NCBI GenBank assembly: GCA_039028615.1 | Contig: JBCCHT010000024.1 | Location: 32,001-96,000, forward strand | DNA length: 64,000 bases | Reading direction: 5' to 3' | From: Myxococcota bacterium | Lineage (GTDB): Bacteria; Myxococcota_A; Polyangia; Nannocystales; Nannocystaceae | In this document: one piece after another, positions 55,815 to 64,000 of the stretch | How the letters are laid out: every line of letters begins with the position of its first letter | Position numbering within the stretch: position 1 is the stretch's first letter | Notes under the pieces: model-generated | What the model saw: only the letters and a program-made list of their open reading frames with translations | Told to the model about the DNA's origin: nothing | Database searches by the model: none | Position numbers and translations under genes: made by a program

Positions 55815-58178
55815 TCAGCCGATGGGCATGCAGACCTCGAGCGGCCCCGTCTCGTTGTTGTCCTCGAGGCACTCGTTGAAGCTGCCCATCGAGTTGCCCG
55901 CATCGTCCACGACCACCGTGATCTCGAAGGGCGCGTTGCCCGGGTTGGGGATCTGGACCTCGAGGGTCTCGGAGCCCCCCGCCGGAATGGGGTTCTGCGT
56001 CTGCACGGTGGTCAGCAGGCCCTCGTCGGAGTCGTAGATCGAGACGTTGACGCCGGGGCCCACGCCCAGGCAGCCCTGGTTGAGGACCTTGACCGTCAGC
56101 TCGATGTCCGGGCAGGGCAGGGACGGGATCATCAGGTCGGTGGCCACGAGGTCGGGGGCGCACAGCTGCTCGAGGTCGCCCTGACCGTTGCGCCGATAGC
56201 TGTTGAAGGACTCCCAGTTGGGCGTCTCGACGGCGGGGATCGAGCCGTCGATCTCCACGTTGGTCACGTGATAGGTGTGCTGATTCCAGATGGGCCGGGT
56301 GCCGACCCAGTTGTCGAGGCGGTCCTCGAAGACCTCGATGCCCGCGTCACCGATCGCGCCCTGACCGGACTCGTTGTTCGTACTGATCACGATCTCGGCT
56401 TTGAAGTCGCCGTCGACGTCCGCGACGATCGGGTACTCGCTGCGCGTTCGCGAGGAGTTGATGTCGAAGAAGAGGATCTCCTCGTCGGTCATCACCCCGT
56501 CGCAGTTGGCTCCGCCGACGTCGCAGTCGGGCTCGGTGCCGGGGTAGATCCGCAGGTGCCACTCGTCGCCGTAGATGACCTCGGAGCGTCCGTCGCCGTC
56601 GAAGTCGAACACCGAGGAGCCCGTGCGCTGCGAGGAGCCGTCCTTGGTCTCGGCTTGCCACAGCTCGGTCATGCCGTCGACGGCGTTGTAGCGCGCGACG
56701 ACGTAGTTGTTGCCGCCCGCGGTGCCCACGTCGGGGAAGCCGTCGCCGTCGAAGTCGGCGATGTTGGGCGGGCCGCCCGAGCCACCGCCAGGGATGGTGA
56801 GCGAGCCCAGCGTGGCGCCGCTGAGGCCGTCGTAGATGTAGATGCTGCCGCTGCGCACGTTGACGACCTCGGGGCTGCCGTCGAGGTCGAAGTCGGCCAC
56901 GCCGCAGTAGCCGTCGCTTTGGGCCGCGGTCCACATCTCGGAGCCGTCGAAGTCGACGCCGACGGTCCCGGTGAAGGTGTACACGGTGCCGCCCGCGATG
57001 AGCTCGGGGCGGTCGTCGCCGTCGAGGTCGGCCACGCACGACAGCGGCCCCACGCTGCCGTTGGACCCCACCGCGCCCGAGGTCATGTTCCAGATGAGCA
57101 GGCCGTTGGCATCGAACACGTTGCGGCCATGGACGATCTCGGGCAGGCCGGTGTTGTCCATGTTGACGATGGAGGGCGAGCCGCTGCGGCCTCCTCCGCT
57201 GTGATTGTCGGAGACCCAGATCGGAGTCCCCGTGGCACCGTCGACCGCGATGAGGTTCTGACCCGTGCCCGGCACCACGATCTCGGGCATCCCGTCGCCG
57301 TCGATGTCACCGATGGCGGGGGTCGAGCCGGGGTCGGTACGGTAGGCGTCGTCGCTCAGCGTCCACACGTGGCTGCCGTCCGAGCCGCTGATCGCCCGCA
57401 GGATGCCGTTCGCCGTGTAGGCCGAGTTCTGATAGGTGTTGAAGATGATCTCGGGGGTGCAGTCGCCATCGACGTCGGCGACCATCGGCGACATCACGCA
57501 CTGGTGAAACTCGGGGAAGTCGTCCTTGGCGATCTCCACGTGATTCCAGGTGGGCTCGCAGAAGCCGTCGACGCAGATTTCCTCGACCTGGCAGCCGAGG
57601 TCGCAGGCGCGTTGCTGCCGGGTGCCCCAGGTGAAGCGGGGAATGGGGTCGAACACGCCGATGTCCGGCTCGAAGGCGCAGGTGGGGTCGGCGAAGTTGG
57701 GCACGCACAGGCCCAGCTGCGGGTCACAAATCTCGCCGTCGTTGCAATCCGACTCGACGGTGGTGGCACACACGGCGGAGTTGCACGAGCCGCCCGGGAC
57801 GATGCACTGACCCACGTAGCAGACCTCGCCGCCGGCACAGCACACGTCGCCGCAGGCGGGCTCGGCCCCGCAATCGGGCACGCACACGCCGGCCTCGCAG
57901 CTGTCGCCCGGGTCGCAGCAGTTTTCGCCGCAGACCAGCTCTTCGGCGCAGCCACCCGCCGTGGTGTCGGCGCCCGTGCCTTGGCTCTCGTCGCCGAGGT
58001 CGTCACCGTCCGTCGCGGTACCCGTGCCCGTGCCCGGGACCGGGATGCCGCCGCTGTTCGTGTCGTCCGTGCCGTCGCCGCTGCCCCCCGGGCAGGCGGT
58101 CAGCGCCAGCGAGGTGAGCACGAGCAGGAACGGGGCGCGGACGTCCAGGTGTCGGGACACACGGAAAGAGGCCTTCAC
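55815..58178 (-). CDS. FG-GAP/VCBS beta-propeller lipoprotein with CARDB-like C-terminus (paralog of 27324..29672)
   Basis: Lipobox LTAC, DxDGDG repeats, SSVFDFDGDG, WNQHTYHVTN and ECLEDNN. GTG start inferred. Confidence 0.88.
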   Translation of the reverse strand: MKASFRVSRHLDVRAPFLLVLTSLALTACPGGSGDGTDDTNSGGIPVPGTGTGTATDGDDLGDESQGTGADTTAGGCAEELVCGENCCDPGDSCEAGVCVPDCGAEPACGDVCCAGGEVCYVGQCIVPGGSCNSAVCATTVESDCNDGEICDPQLGLCVPNFADPTCAFEPDIGVFDPIPRFTWGTRQQRACDLGCQVEEICVDGFCEPTWNHVEIAKDDFPEFHQCVMSPMVADVDGDCTPEIIFNTYQNSAYTANGILRAISGSDGSHVWTLSDDAYRTDPGSTPAIGDIDGDGMPEIVVPGTGQNLIAVDGATGTPIWVSDNHSGGGRSGSPSIVNMDNTGLPEIVHGRNVFDANGLLIWNMTSGAVGSNGSVGPLSCVADLDGDDRPELIAGGTVYTFTGTVGVDFDGSEMWTAAQSDGYCGVADFDLDGSPEVVNVRSGSIYIYDGLSGATLGSLTIPGGGSGGPPNIADFDGDGFPDVGTAGGNNYVVARYNAVDGMTELWQAETKDGSSQRTGSSVFDFDGDGRSEVIYGDEWHLRIYPGTEPDCDVGGANCDGVMTDEEILFFDINSSRTRSEYPIVADVDGDFKAEIVISTNNESGQGAIGDAGIEVFEDRLDNWVGTRPIWNQHTYHVTNVEIDGSIPAVETPNWESFNSYRRNGQGDLEQLCAPDLVATDLMIPSLPCPDIELTVKVLNQGCLGVGPGVNVSIYDSDEGLLTTVQTQNPIPAGGSETLEVQIPNPGNAPFEITVVVDDAGNSMGSFNECLEDNNETGPLEVCMPIG

Positions 58179-58383
58179 GGTTTGGTTAGACCCCGGAAAC
58201 CCGGTTTTATCTGCCGGCCAATAGCGGTCGATGATGCCCGGGCCCGTCGGGCTCGACAGCATCCAACGAGGCTCTGCGTGACGGAATTCGAGGCCGAGCA
58301 TTCCGCGCGGAGCGGCGGCCCGCGAATTGTGCGCAAGAAAAACTCGACTGCGACACCCCCGCGCTACTCTCGTCTTGCTTCTC

Positions 58384-59979
58384 GTGAGGACACTACGGCC
58401 GAGCATCTGGGGATTCGCGTTGATCTTGATCGGCTGCGGTGGCGACGACGGGGGGGCCACGGGCGCGGGCTCGAGCGGCGCGACCTCGGACACGGGCTCC
58501 GACGGCGACGGGACGGGACCCGGCGGTGGCTCGACCGCCGCGACCACCGATGAGCCGGGCGAAGACACCACCGCGGGCTCCGAGGGAGACACGGACTCGG
58601 ACTCGGACTCGGATACCGAGGGTCCACCGCCCTGCGAGGCGGAGAGCTTCGACGGGGCGGGCACCGAGTGGTCCCTGCCTGCGTTGGGGGGCCAGGTGCT
58701 CAACGACATGGCGGGGATCGAGGATTGCCCCGACACCACCAATGGCTTTCGCTACGCGACGACCGATCTCGATGGCGACGGCGGGCCCGACCTGGTGCTC
58801 ACGCGGGATTGCGATGGCGGCGGTATCAGCACCAACCACTGGCGGGTGCACGCCAACGACGGCAGCGGCTTCGGGGCGGCGACCGAGTGGTCGTTGCCCG
58901 ATCTCGGCGGCCAGACACTCAACGATCTGTCGGGCATCAACGACTGCCCGGACACGACCAACGGCTTTCGGTATACCTCCGCCGATCTCACGGGGGACGG
59001 GCGCGCCGACTTGGTGCTGAGCCGAGACTGCGACGGCGGAGGCATCGCGACGGACCTGTGGCGGGTGTACGAAAACGACGGTAGTGGCTTCAGCGCGACC
59101 GCGACCGCGTGGTCGTTGCCGGACCTCGGGGGGCAGGCGCTCAACGATCTCGCGGGCATCAACGACTGCCCGGGGACGACCAACGGTTTTCGCTACGCGG
59201 TGGTCGATCTGACCGAGGACGGGCGCGCGGACCTGGTGGTGACCCGCGACTGCGAGGGCGGAGGCATCGCCACCGATTTTTGGCGGGTGTACGAAAACGA
59301 TGGCAGTGGTTTCAGTGCGACCGCGACCGAGTGGGCGCTGCCCGACCTCGGAGGCCAGGCGCTCAACGATCTGGCGGGGATCAACGACTGCCCCGATACC
59401 ACCAACGGGTTCCGCTACGCGACCACCGACCTGACTGGAGACGGGCGACCCGACCTGGTCATGACGCGCGACTGCGACGGGGGAGGGATCGCGACCGACC
59501 ACTGGCGGGTGCACGAAAATACCGGGAGCGGGTTCTCGGACACGGCGATCACGTGGACGCTGCCCGATGCGGGAGGCCCGGCGTACAACGACCTGGGCGG
59601 GATCGAGGACTGCCCCGACACCACCAACGGCTTTCGCTACGGCACGGTGGACCTGACCGCCGATGGTCTTCCCGATCTGGTGATGACCCGGGACTGTGAC
59701 GGGGGAGGAATCGCGACCGATTTCTGGCGCGTGTTCCCCAACGACGGCGACGGGTTCGCGGCCACAGGCTTCGAGTGGCCCTTGCCCGATCAGGGCGGGC
59801 AGGCGCTCAACGACCTGGGTGGAATCGAGGACTGCCCCGACACCACCAACGGCTTCCGGTTCGCCACCACCGATCTGACCGGCGATGCACGCACCGACCT
59901 GGTGATGACCCGGGACTGCGGCGGCGACGGCATCGCGTCCGACTATTGGCGGGTGTTTGCGGGCGTATGCGCACGGTAG
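58384..59979 (+). CDS. lipoprotein with six tandem ~74-aa FG-GAP-like repeats
   Basis: Lipobox LIGC, linker, then six near-identical units (W.LP..GGQ.LND..GI.DCPDTTNGFRY...DLTGDG..DLV.TRDC.GGGI.T..WRV). Confidence 0.88.
   Translation: MRTLRPSIWGFALILIGCGGDDGGATGAGSSGATSDTGSDGDGTGPGGGSTAATTDEPGEDTTAGSEGDTDSDSDSDTEGPPPCEAESFDGAGTEWSLPALGGQVLNDMAGIEDCPDTTNGFRYATTDLDGDGGPDLVLTRDCDGGGISTNHWRVHANDGSGFGAATEWSLPDLGGQTLNDLSGINDCPDTTNGFRYTSADLTGDGRADLVLSRDCDGGGIATDLWRVYENDGSGFSATATAWSLPDLGGQALNDLAGINDCPGTTNGFRYAVVDLTEDGRADLVVTRDCEGGGIATDFWRVYENDGSGFSATATEWALPDLGGQALNDLAGINDCPDTTNGFRYATTDLTGDGRPDLVMTRDCDGGGIATDHWRVHENTGSGFSDTAITWTLPDAGGPAYNDLGGIEDCPDTTNGFRYGTVDLTADGLPDLVMTRDCDGGGIATDFWRVFPNDGDGFAATGFEWPLPDQGGQALNDLGGIEDCPDTTNGFRFATTDLTGDARTDLVMTRDCGGDGIASDYWRVFAGVCAR
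58663..59960 (+). repeat. intragenic tandem repeat, 6 x ~219-222 bp
   Basis: An ACCAA(C/T)GG(C/T/G)TT core recurs about every 220 bp from ~58740 to ~59850. Confidence 0.9.
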
Positions 59980-60022
59980 GTCTCCGGCCGCGGCGCTGGG
60001 GTCGCGATGTCCTCGGCGATTG

Positions 60023-60055
60023 ACCAAAACAGGAATTCTAGATACCTGTATTGGT
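60023..60055. promoter_or_regulatory. AT-rich inverted repeat (operator candidate)
   Basis: ACCAAAACAGG-AATTCTAGATA-CCTGTATTGGT, centred on TCTAGA, overlapping TTGACC and ending 3 nt before ATG 60059. Confidence 0.55.
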
Positions 60056-60058
60056 GTG

Positions 60059-62221
60059 ATGACGGGGCGGGGCCGGTTCGGACGCTGGATCTTCGCCCTG
60101 GCCATTGTCGGGGCGGGGTGTCGGTCCGACGAGGAGCCCGCGGCGGCGGACACTGGAACGTCCACGGGAGCCGCGGGAGACTCGACCGGGACCGTCGAGC
60201 CGGGGATGCCACCGCCGCCCCGACCCGAGACTCGTCACTGTCGTTTCGATGGCTGGGCGCCCGGCTTACTGCCGAGGGTCGAGCGCATCGATGTCGTCGA
60301 GACGGGCGTCGACTCGGTGTCCGCGCTGGCGGCGACCGGGGACGGCGAAGTGTGGCTGGGCTCGACCGCGGGGAGCATCTTTGCCGTCGACCCAAAGACC
60401 GGGGAGGCGACCGAGGCGCTGACGACCCTCGACGCCGCGGCGGTCACCGGTCTCGCTCGCCATGGCTCGTGGCTCTTCGTTCGCTCCGAGACGCAGGTGC
60501 CGGTGTCGGCCACCCGCGTCGACCGCTACGACCTGGTCGATGGCCATCCCGATCCCGCGAGCGTGGTGCGCGTGATTCGAGTTCTCCACCCGGACGCGGT
60601 GCGGGCCGGGGCCGGCCTGAGCATCGACGACCAAGGCCTCTTGCTGGTGCCGCTGGGTGATCACGCGGATGAGGCCGGGTCCGATGCCGCCCGCGATCCG
60701 ATGCAGGACGCGGGCAATGTGCTGCGGGTCGACGTCTCCGAGCTCGGCTCGGACTATGGCTACGCGATCCCGCCCGACAACCCGTGGGGCGACGAGACCT
60801 GGGCGGTGGGGCTGCGCGACCCGGCGGGTTGCACCGTCGATTCGGAGTCCGATGAGGTGTGGTGCGTGGACCGGGGCGAGTCGGTCTCCGAGGCCTCGAT
60901 GGTCTCCGCGTCCGCCGATCTGGGCTGGCCGGTCATCGAAGGCCGTACGTGCCTGCTGCCCAACAATGTCTGTGCGCGGTTCGACCTCGCGCCGCCGCAG
61001 CTGGTCTACGAGCACGATTCCGCCGGCTGCGGTGCGACGCCCGGGGCCGTGTATCGCGGCGGCGACCCGCTGTTGCAGGGCGCGTTGCTGATCGGGGATC
61101 GGTGCTCGGGAGAGCTATGGGGCGTTCGGGTCTCTACCGATGGGTCCCCCACCGTGCGGGCCAAAGTGGCGCAGTGGTCGACGCCACCGGTCGCCATCGA
61201 CGACGATGCCCAAGGTCAGCTGTGGGTCGTGGATGCGGCGGGAGCCTTGGGCCGGCTACGCTCCGTGCCGCTGGAAGGGGAGTTCCCCACCTCGATCTCC
61301 GAGAGCGGCTGCTTCGATCTGCTCGACCCGCTCACCGGGGCGGCCGACGTGGTGCCCTACGAGATCAACGCGCCGCTATGGACCGACGGCGCCGCCAAGG
61401 CGCGGGCGATCATCCTGCCCCCGGGTGAGCAGCTGGGCGTCCACGACGACGGCTCGCTCGAGTTCCCGCTGGGCACGACCATCCTCAAGACCTTCTCCTT
61501 TGCCTTCGACGATGCCCAGCCGGAGCAGAGGCGCCCCGTCGAGACCCGGGTGATGCTGCGCCGCGAGTACGGGTGGGAGTTCCACAGCTACCAGTGGAAC
61601 GAGGAGGGCACCGACGCGCAGCTGCTCGACGATCGGGTCTTGGTGGAGCTGCCACTGATGCGTGAAGGCGCGTTGAGCGAGCTTTCGTATGCGTTCCCGT
61701 CCCGGGCGACCTGCGCCGTGTGCCACGGCTCGGGCGAGGGCCGAGTGCTGGGGGCACGGCTCGATCAGATGTCGAGGGTCACCGACTACGGCACCGGTCC
61801 CATCGCGCAGCTCGAGGCGCTGTCCAGCATCGGGATGTTCGACCGCGACCTGCCCTCCACCACGCCGATCGCGAACTACGAAGACGAGGGCGAGTCGCTC
61901 GAGATTCGCACGCGAGCCTATCTGCACGCCAACTGCGGGCACTGCCACCGACCGGAGGGGTGGGTGCCCGAGGACCTCGAGATGGACCTGCGGTGGACCA
62001 CATCGCTTTTGGACACCGGCCTCTGCGATCCGGTGCAGTACGGCACGCCGCTGTTTCCCGTCGACCATCGCATCGCGCCGGGCGACCCCGAGCAGTCGCT
62101 GGTGTGGCTCCGGGCCTCCGACCGCGGCGACGCACAAATGCCGCCGACCGGGACCTTCATCGTCGACCCGGCGGCGGCAGTGATCGAGCAGTGGATCGAG
62201 TCGATCGACGACTGCCCCTGA
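60059..62221 (+). CDS. lipoprotein: glucose/sorbosone-dehydrogenase-like propeller fused to SO2930-like diheme cytochrome c
   Basis: Lipobox GAGC, YAIPPDNPW..ETWAVGLRDP, DLGWP, PYEINAPLWTDGAAKAR and heme motifs CAVCH and CGHCH. Confidence 0.85.
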   Translation: MTGRGRFGRWIFALAIVGAGCRSDEEPAAADTGTSTGAAGDSTGTVEPGMPPPPRPETRHCRFDGWAPGLLPRVERIDVVETGVDSVSALAATGDGEVWLGSTAGSIFAVDPKTGEATEALTTLDAAAVTGLARHGSWLFVRSETQVPVSATRVDRYDLVDGHPDPASVVRVIRVLHPDAVRAGAGLSIDDQGLLLVPLGDHADEAGSDAARDPMQDAGNVLRVDVSELGSDYGYAIPPDNPWGDETWAVGLRDPAGCTVDSESDEVWCVDRGESVSEASMVSASADLGWPVIEGRTCLLPNNVCARFDLAPPQLVYEHDSAGCGATPGAVYRGGDPLLQGALLIGDRCSGELWGVRVSTDGSPTVRAKVAQWSTPPVAIDDDAQGQLWVVDAAGALGRLRSVPLEGEFPTSISESGCFDLLDPLTGAADVVPYEINAPLWTDGAAKARAIILPPGEQLGVHDDGSLEFPLGTTILKTFSFAFDDAQPEQRRPVETRVMLRREYGWEFHSYQWNEEGTDAQLLDDRVLVELPLMREGALSELSYAFPSRATCAVCHGSGEGRVLGARLDQMSRVTDYGTGPIAQLEALSSIGMFDRDLPSTTPIANYEDEGESLEIRTRAYLHANCGHCHRPEGWVPEDLEMDLRWTTSLLDTGLCDPVQYGTPLFPVDHRIAPGDPEQSLVWLRASDRGDAQMPPTGTFIVDPAAAVIEQWIESIDDCP

Positions 62222-62230
62222 GCGCGAGGC

Positions 62231-62938
62231 TCAGCAGCCTTCGTTGTTGGCCCGGGTGGACCAGTCGTCGCGAGGCTCGGACGGATCGGTGATGCCCGCG
62301 CCCACGGCGTTGACCGAAGACAGGCACAGCGAGGGGTTGTGGGTGATGGCGAACAGGGCCCCGATGCGACGCAGGCTGCGGAGGCCGTCGATGTGCTCGA
62401 GCGAGTCGTTTTCGCGAATGATGAGGCTGGTGGCCACCGTGCTCAGCGAGCTCAGGCCGGAGATCTCGGTGAGCGCGGGGTTGCCCCGGATGATGAGGCT
62501 GTCGCCGATGCCGGTCAGCTCGTCGAGGCCGCCGATGGTGGCGAGCCCGGCGTTCTCCGAGATGATGACGCCGCCGCCGACCGTCTGCAGGGCATCGAGG
62601 CCGTCGAGATCGGTGAGGCCGTCGTTGCCGAAGATGGTGAGCTCGCCGCCGACTTGCTCGATGCAGCCGAGGGCGTCGAGGTTGGTGAATTCGGTGCGGT
62701 TGAGCTGCAGCTCGCCCTCGATGGCTCGGACCCCGTCGAGCGCGTCGAGGTCGGCCTGACTCTCGATGACGAGGTGACCGGAGAGGGTCGCGTCACCGCA
62801 GTTGAGGGGCGCGGGGCTGTCGTCGCCGCCGACCGAGCCTCCCTCGCCCTCCGAGCCGTCTGCACCACCGCCACCGCCGCACGCGAGGGTCAGTGAGAGG
62901 CTCAGGCCAAGTCCAATGCGGGTCGCTACGCGATGCAT
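62231..62938 (-). CDS. receptor-L-domain/leucine-rich repeat lipoprotein
   Basis: Lipobox TLAC and repeats L..L..VGG.L.I..N..L..L.GL. Confidence 0.82.
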   Translation of the reverse strand: MHRVATRIGLGLSLSLTLACGGGGGADGSEGEGGSVGGDDSPAPLNCGDATLSGHLVIESQADLDALDGVRAIEGELQLNRTEFTNLDALGCIEQVGGELTIFGNDGLTDLDGLDALQTVGGGVIISENAGLATIGGLDELTGIGDSLIIRGNPALTEISGLSSLSTVATSLIIRENDSLEHIDGLRSLRRIGALFAITHNPSLCLSSVNAVGAGITDPSEPRDDWSTRANNEGC

Positions 62939-63084
62939 GCGAGCCAGGGTCGCGCGGTTTGAGGGGAATGCCGGTCGGAGGCCTGATTTGGGGTGCACGA
63001 GTTCGAGACACGGCCAAACCCCGCCGAGGTTTCCCTCCGTGACGGGGTTTGGCCCCAGGTCGCGGACACCCGGTGGAGGCACGC

Positions 63085-64000
63085 TCACGGCTCGGGGCAG
63101 TGCGGCAGGCGAGGCGACGCCGGCTCGTTGGGAGGCTCCGCGTAGCCCACGGGCGGGACCTCCATGAAGCACTGCTCGGTGGTCGCCGCGTCGTCGTCGA
63201 ACTCGAAGCGCATGTAGCCGTAGCGGGGGATCCCGATGCCCTGGTACGCGCCGCCGGTCCCCACGATGACTTCCCGCAGGGTGACGTCGCCGACCGGAAT
63301 GTCCTCGTAGTCGCGCAGGGCGTGGCTATGCCCGGCCACCACCAGGTCGGCGCGCTCGCGGGCGAGCTCGACGAGCAGCGCGGCCGCGTCGTCTTCGCGG
63401 GACCAGCCCGCCCCCGTGAGCCCGGCGTAGGGCGGATGATGCATGCCCGCGACCAAGAACGTGGCCCCGTTGCGGTCGATGAGCTCGGGTACCCGCGCTT
63501 GCACCGAGGGCGCCACGCTGCCGCTGCCCGAGTCGAGCAGGGCGAGGCGGAGCCCGCAGATGTTGGCGGCATGATTGCCGGGCCCGAACTTGCGGTTGAA
63601 ATGCGGCCGCGTGGGTCGGTAGATGTCGTGGTTGCCGGGGGTCAGCGCGGTCGGGATCGGCAGCCGGCCGAGGACCTCGCCGATCGTCTCGAACTCGTCG
63701 TCGCGGGAGGCCTCGGTCAGGTCGCCCACGATCACCAAGCCCACCAGGGGGACGCCCTCGGCCAGGCTCGAGCGGGCATCTTCGGCGAGGCGGTCGGCGA
63801 TGCGCTCGAACTGGGTGGGGTTGGTCTGAATGTCGCCGACCACGGCCAGGCGATAGCGGCTCGGGCAGGCTCGGTCGCCGCGGATCCACCGGACCTGGCC
63901 CGGGGCGAGCACGAGGTCGAGCTCGCGCCGGGTGGAGTCCGTGCCCGGAATCTCGGTCTCGCCATCATCGCCGCTGAGGGTCACCGTCGCGGCGGGGTCG
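63085..64000 (-). CDS. calcineurin-like metallophosphoesterase (5' end beyond window)
   Basis: VGDIQ, VGDLT, PGNHD, MHHPP and AGHSH motifs. Confidence 0.88.
   Translation of the reverse strand, partial: DPAATVTLSGDDGETEIPGTDSTRRELDLVLAPGQVRWIRGDRACPSRYRLAVVGDIQTNPTQFERIADRLAEDARSSLAEGVPLVGLVIVGDLTEASRDDEFETIGEVLGRLPIPTALTPGNHDIYRPTRPHFNRKFGPGNHAANICGLRLALLDSGSGSVAPSVQARVPELIDRNGATFLVAGMHHPPYAGLTGAGWSREDDAAALLVELARERADLVVAGHSHALRDYEDIPVGDVTLREVIVGTGGAYQGIGIPRYGYMRFEFDDDAATTEQCFMEVPPVGYAEPPNEPASPRLPHCPEP

Noticed and set aside
58663..59960. Regular ~220-bp repeats considered as a CRISPR or other non-coding array
   Set aside because: The repeats are in frame within a CDS, vary at synonymous positions and have no unique spacers or cas genes.

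Overview
A gene-dense, high-GC bacterial chromosomal window with about 45 CDS. I found no rRNA, tRNA, CRISPR array, integrase or transposase. Gene content points to a myxobacterium, most resembling Nannocystaceae (Plesiocystis/Enhygromyxa-like); this is an inference. The evidence is many lipoproteins with Ser/Thr/Gly/Asp-rich linkers, three Hanks-type Ser/Thr kinases, a MYXO-CTERM protein, a Cys-rich repeat and a CglB-like vWA lipoprotein. Recognisable genes include Lon, arginase, an RlmI-type methyltransferase, a DEAD-box helicase, a fatty acid desaturase, a serpin, two LysR regulators, an AraC regulator and an ECF sigma factor. The best candidate for an undescribed system is at 41.3-43.0 kb (minus strand). 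An Rnl2-type RNA ligase fused to a PheT/Trbp-like tRNA-binding OB domain lies behind a ~240-nt leader. The leader has a sigma70-like promoter, a short upstream ORF, a long antiterminator hairpin and a mutually exclusive intrinsic terminator with a U9 tract. This suggests RNA/tRNA repair induced by ribosome stalling. Second is a small ribbon-helix-helix + Zn-finger regulator divergent from a desaturase, with two palindromic TGTA-T-TACA operators. Other notable items are two unusual repeat lipoproteins and a degenerate PQQ-type propeller fused to a diheme cytochrome c behind an AT-rich palindrome. Many start codons were re-chosen by eye and are approximate.
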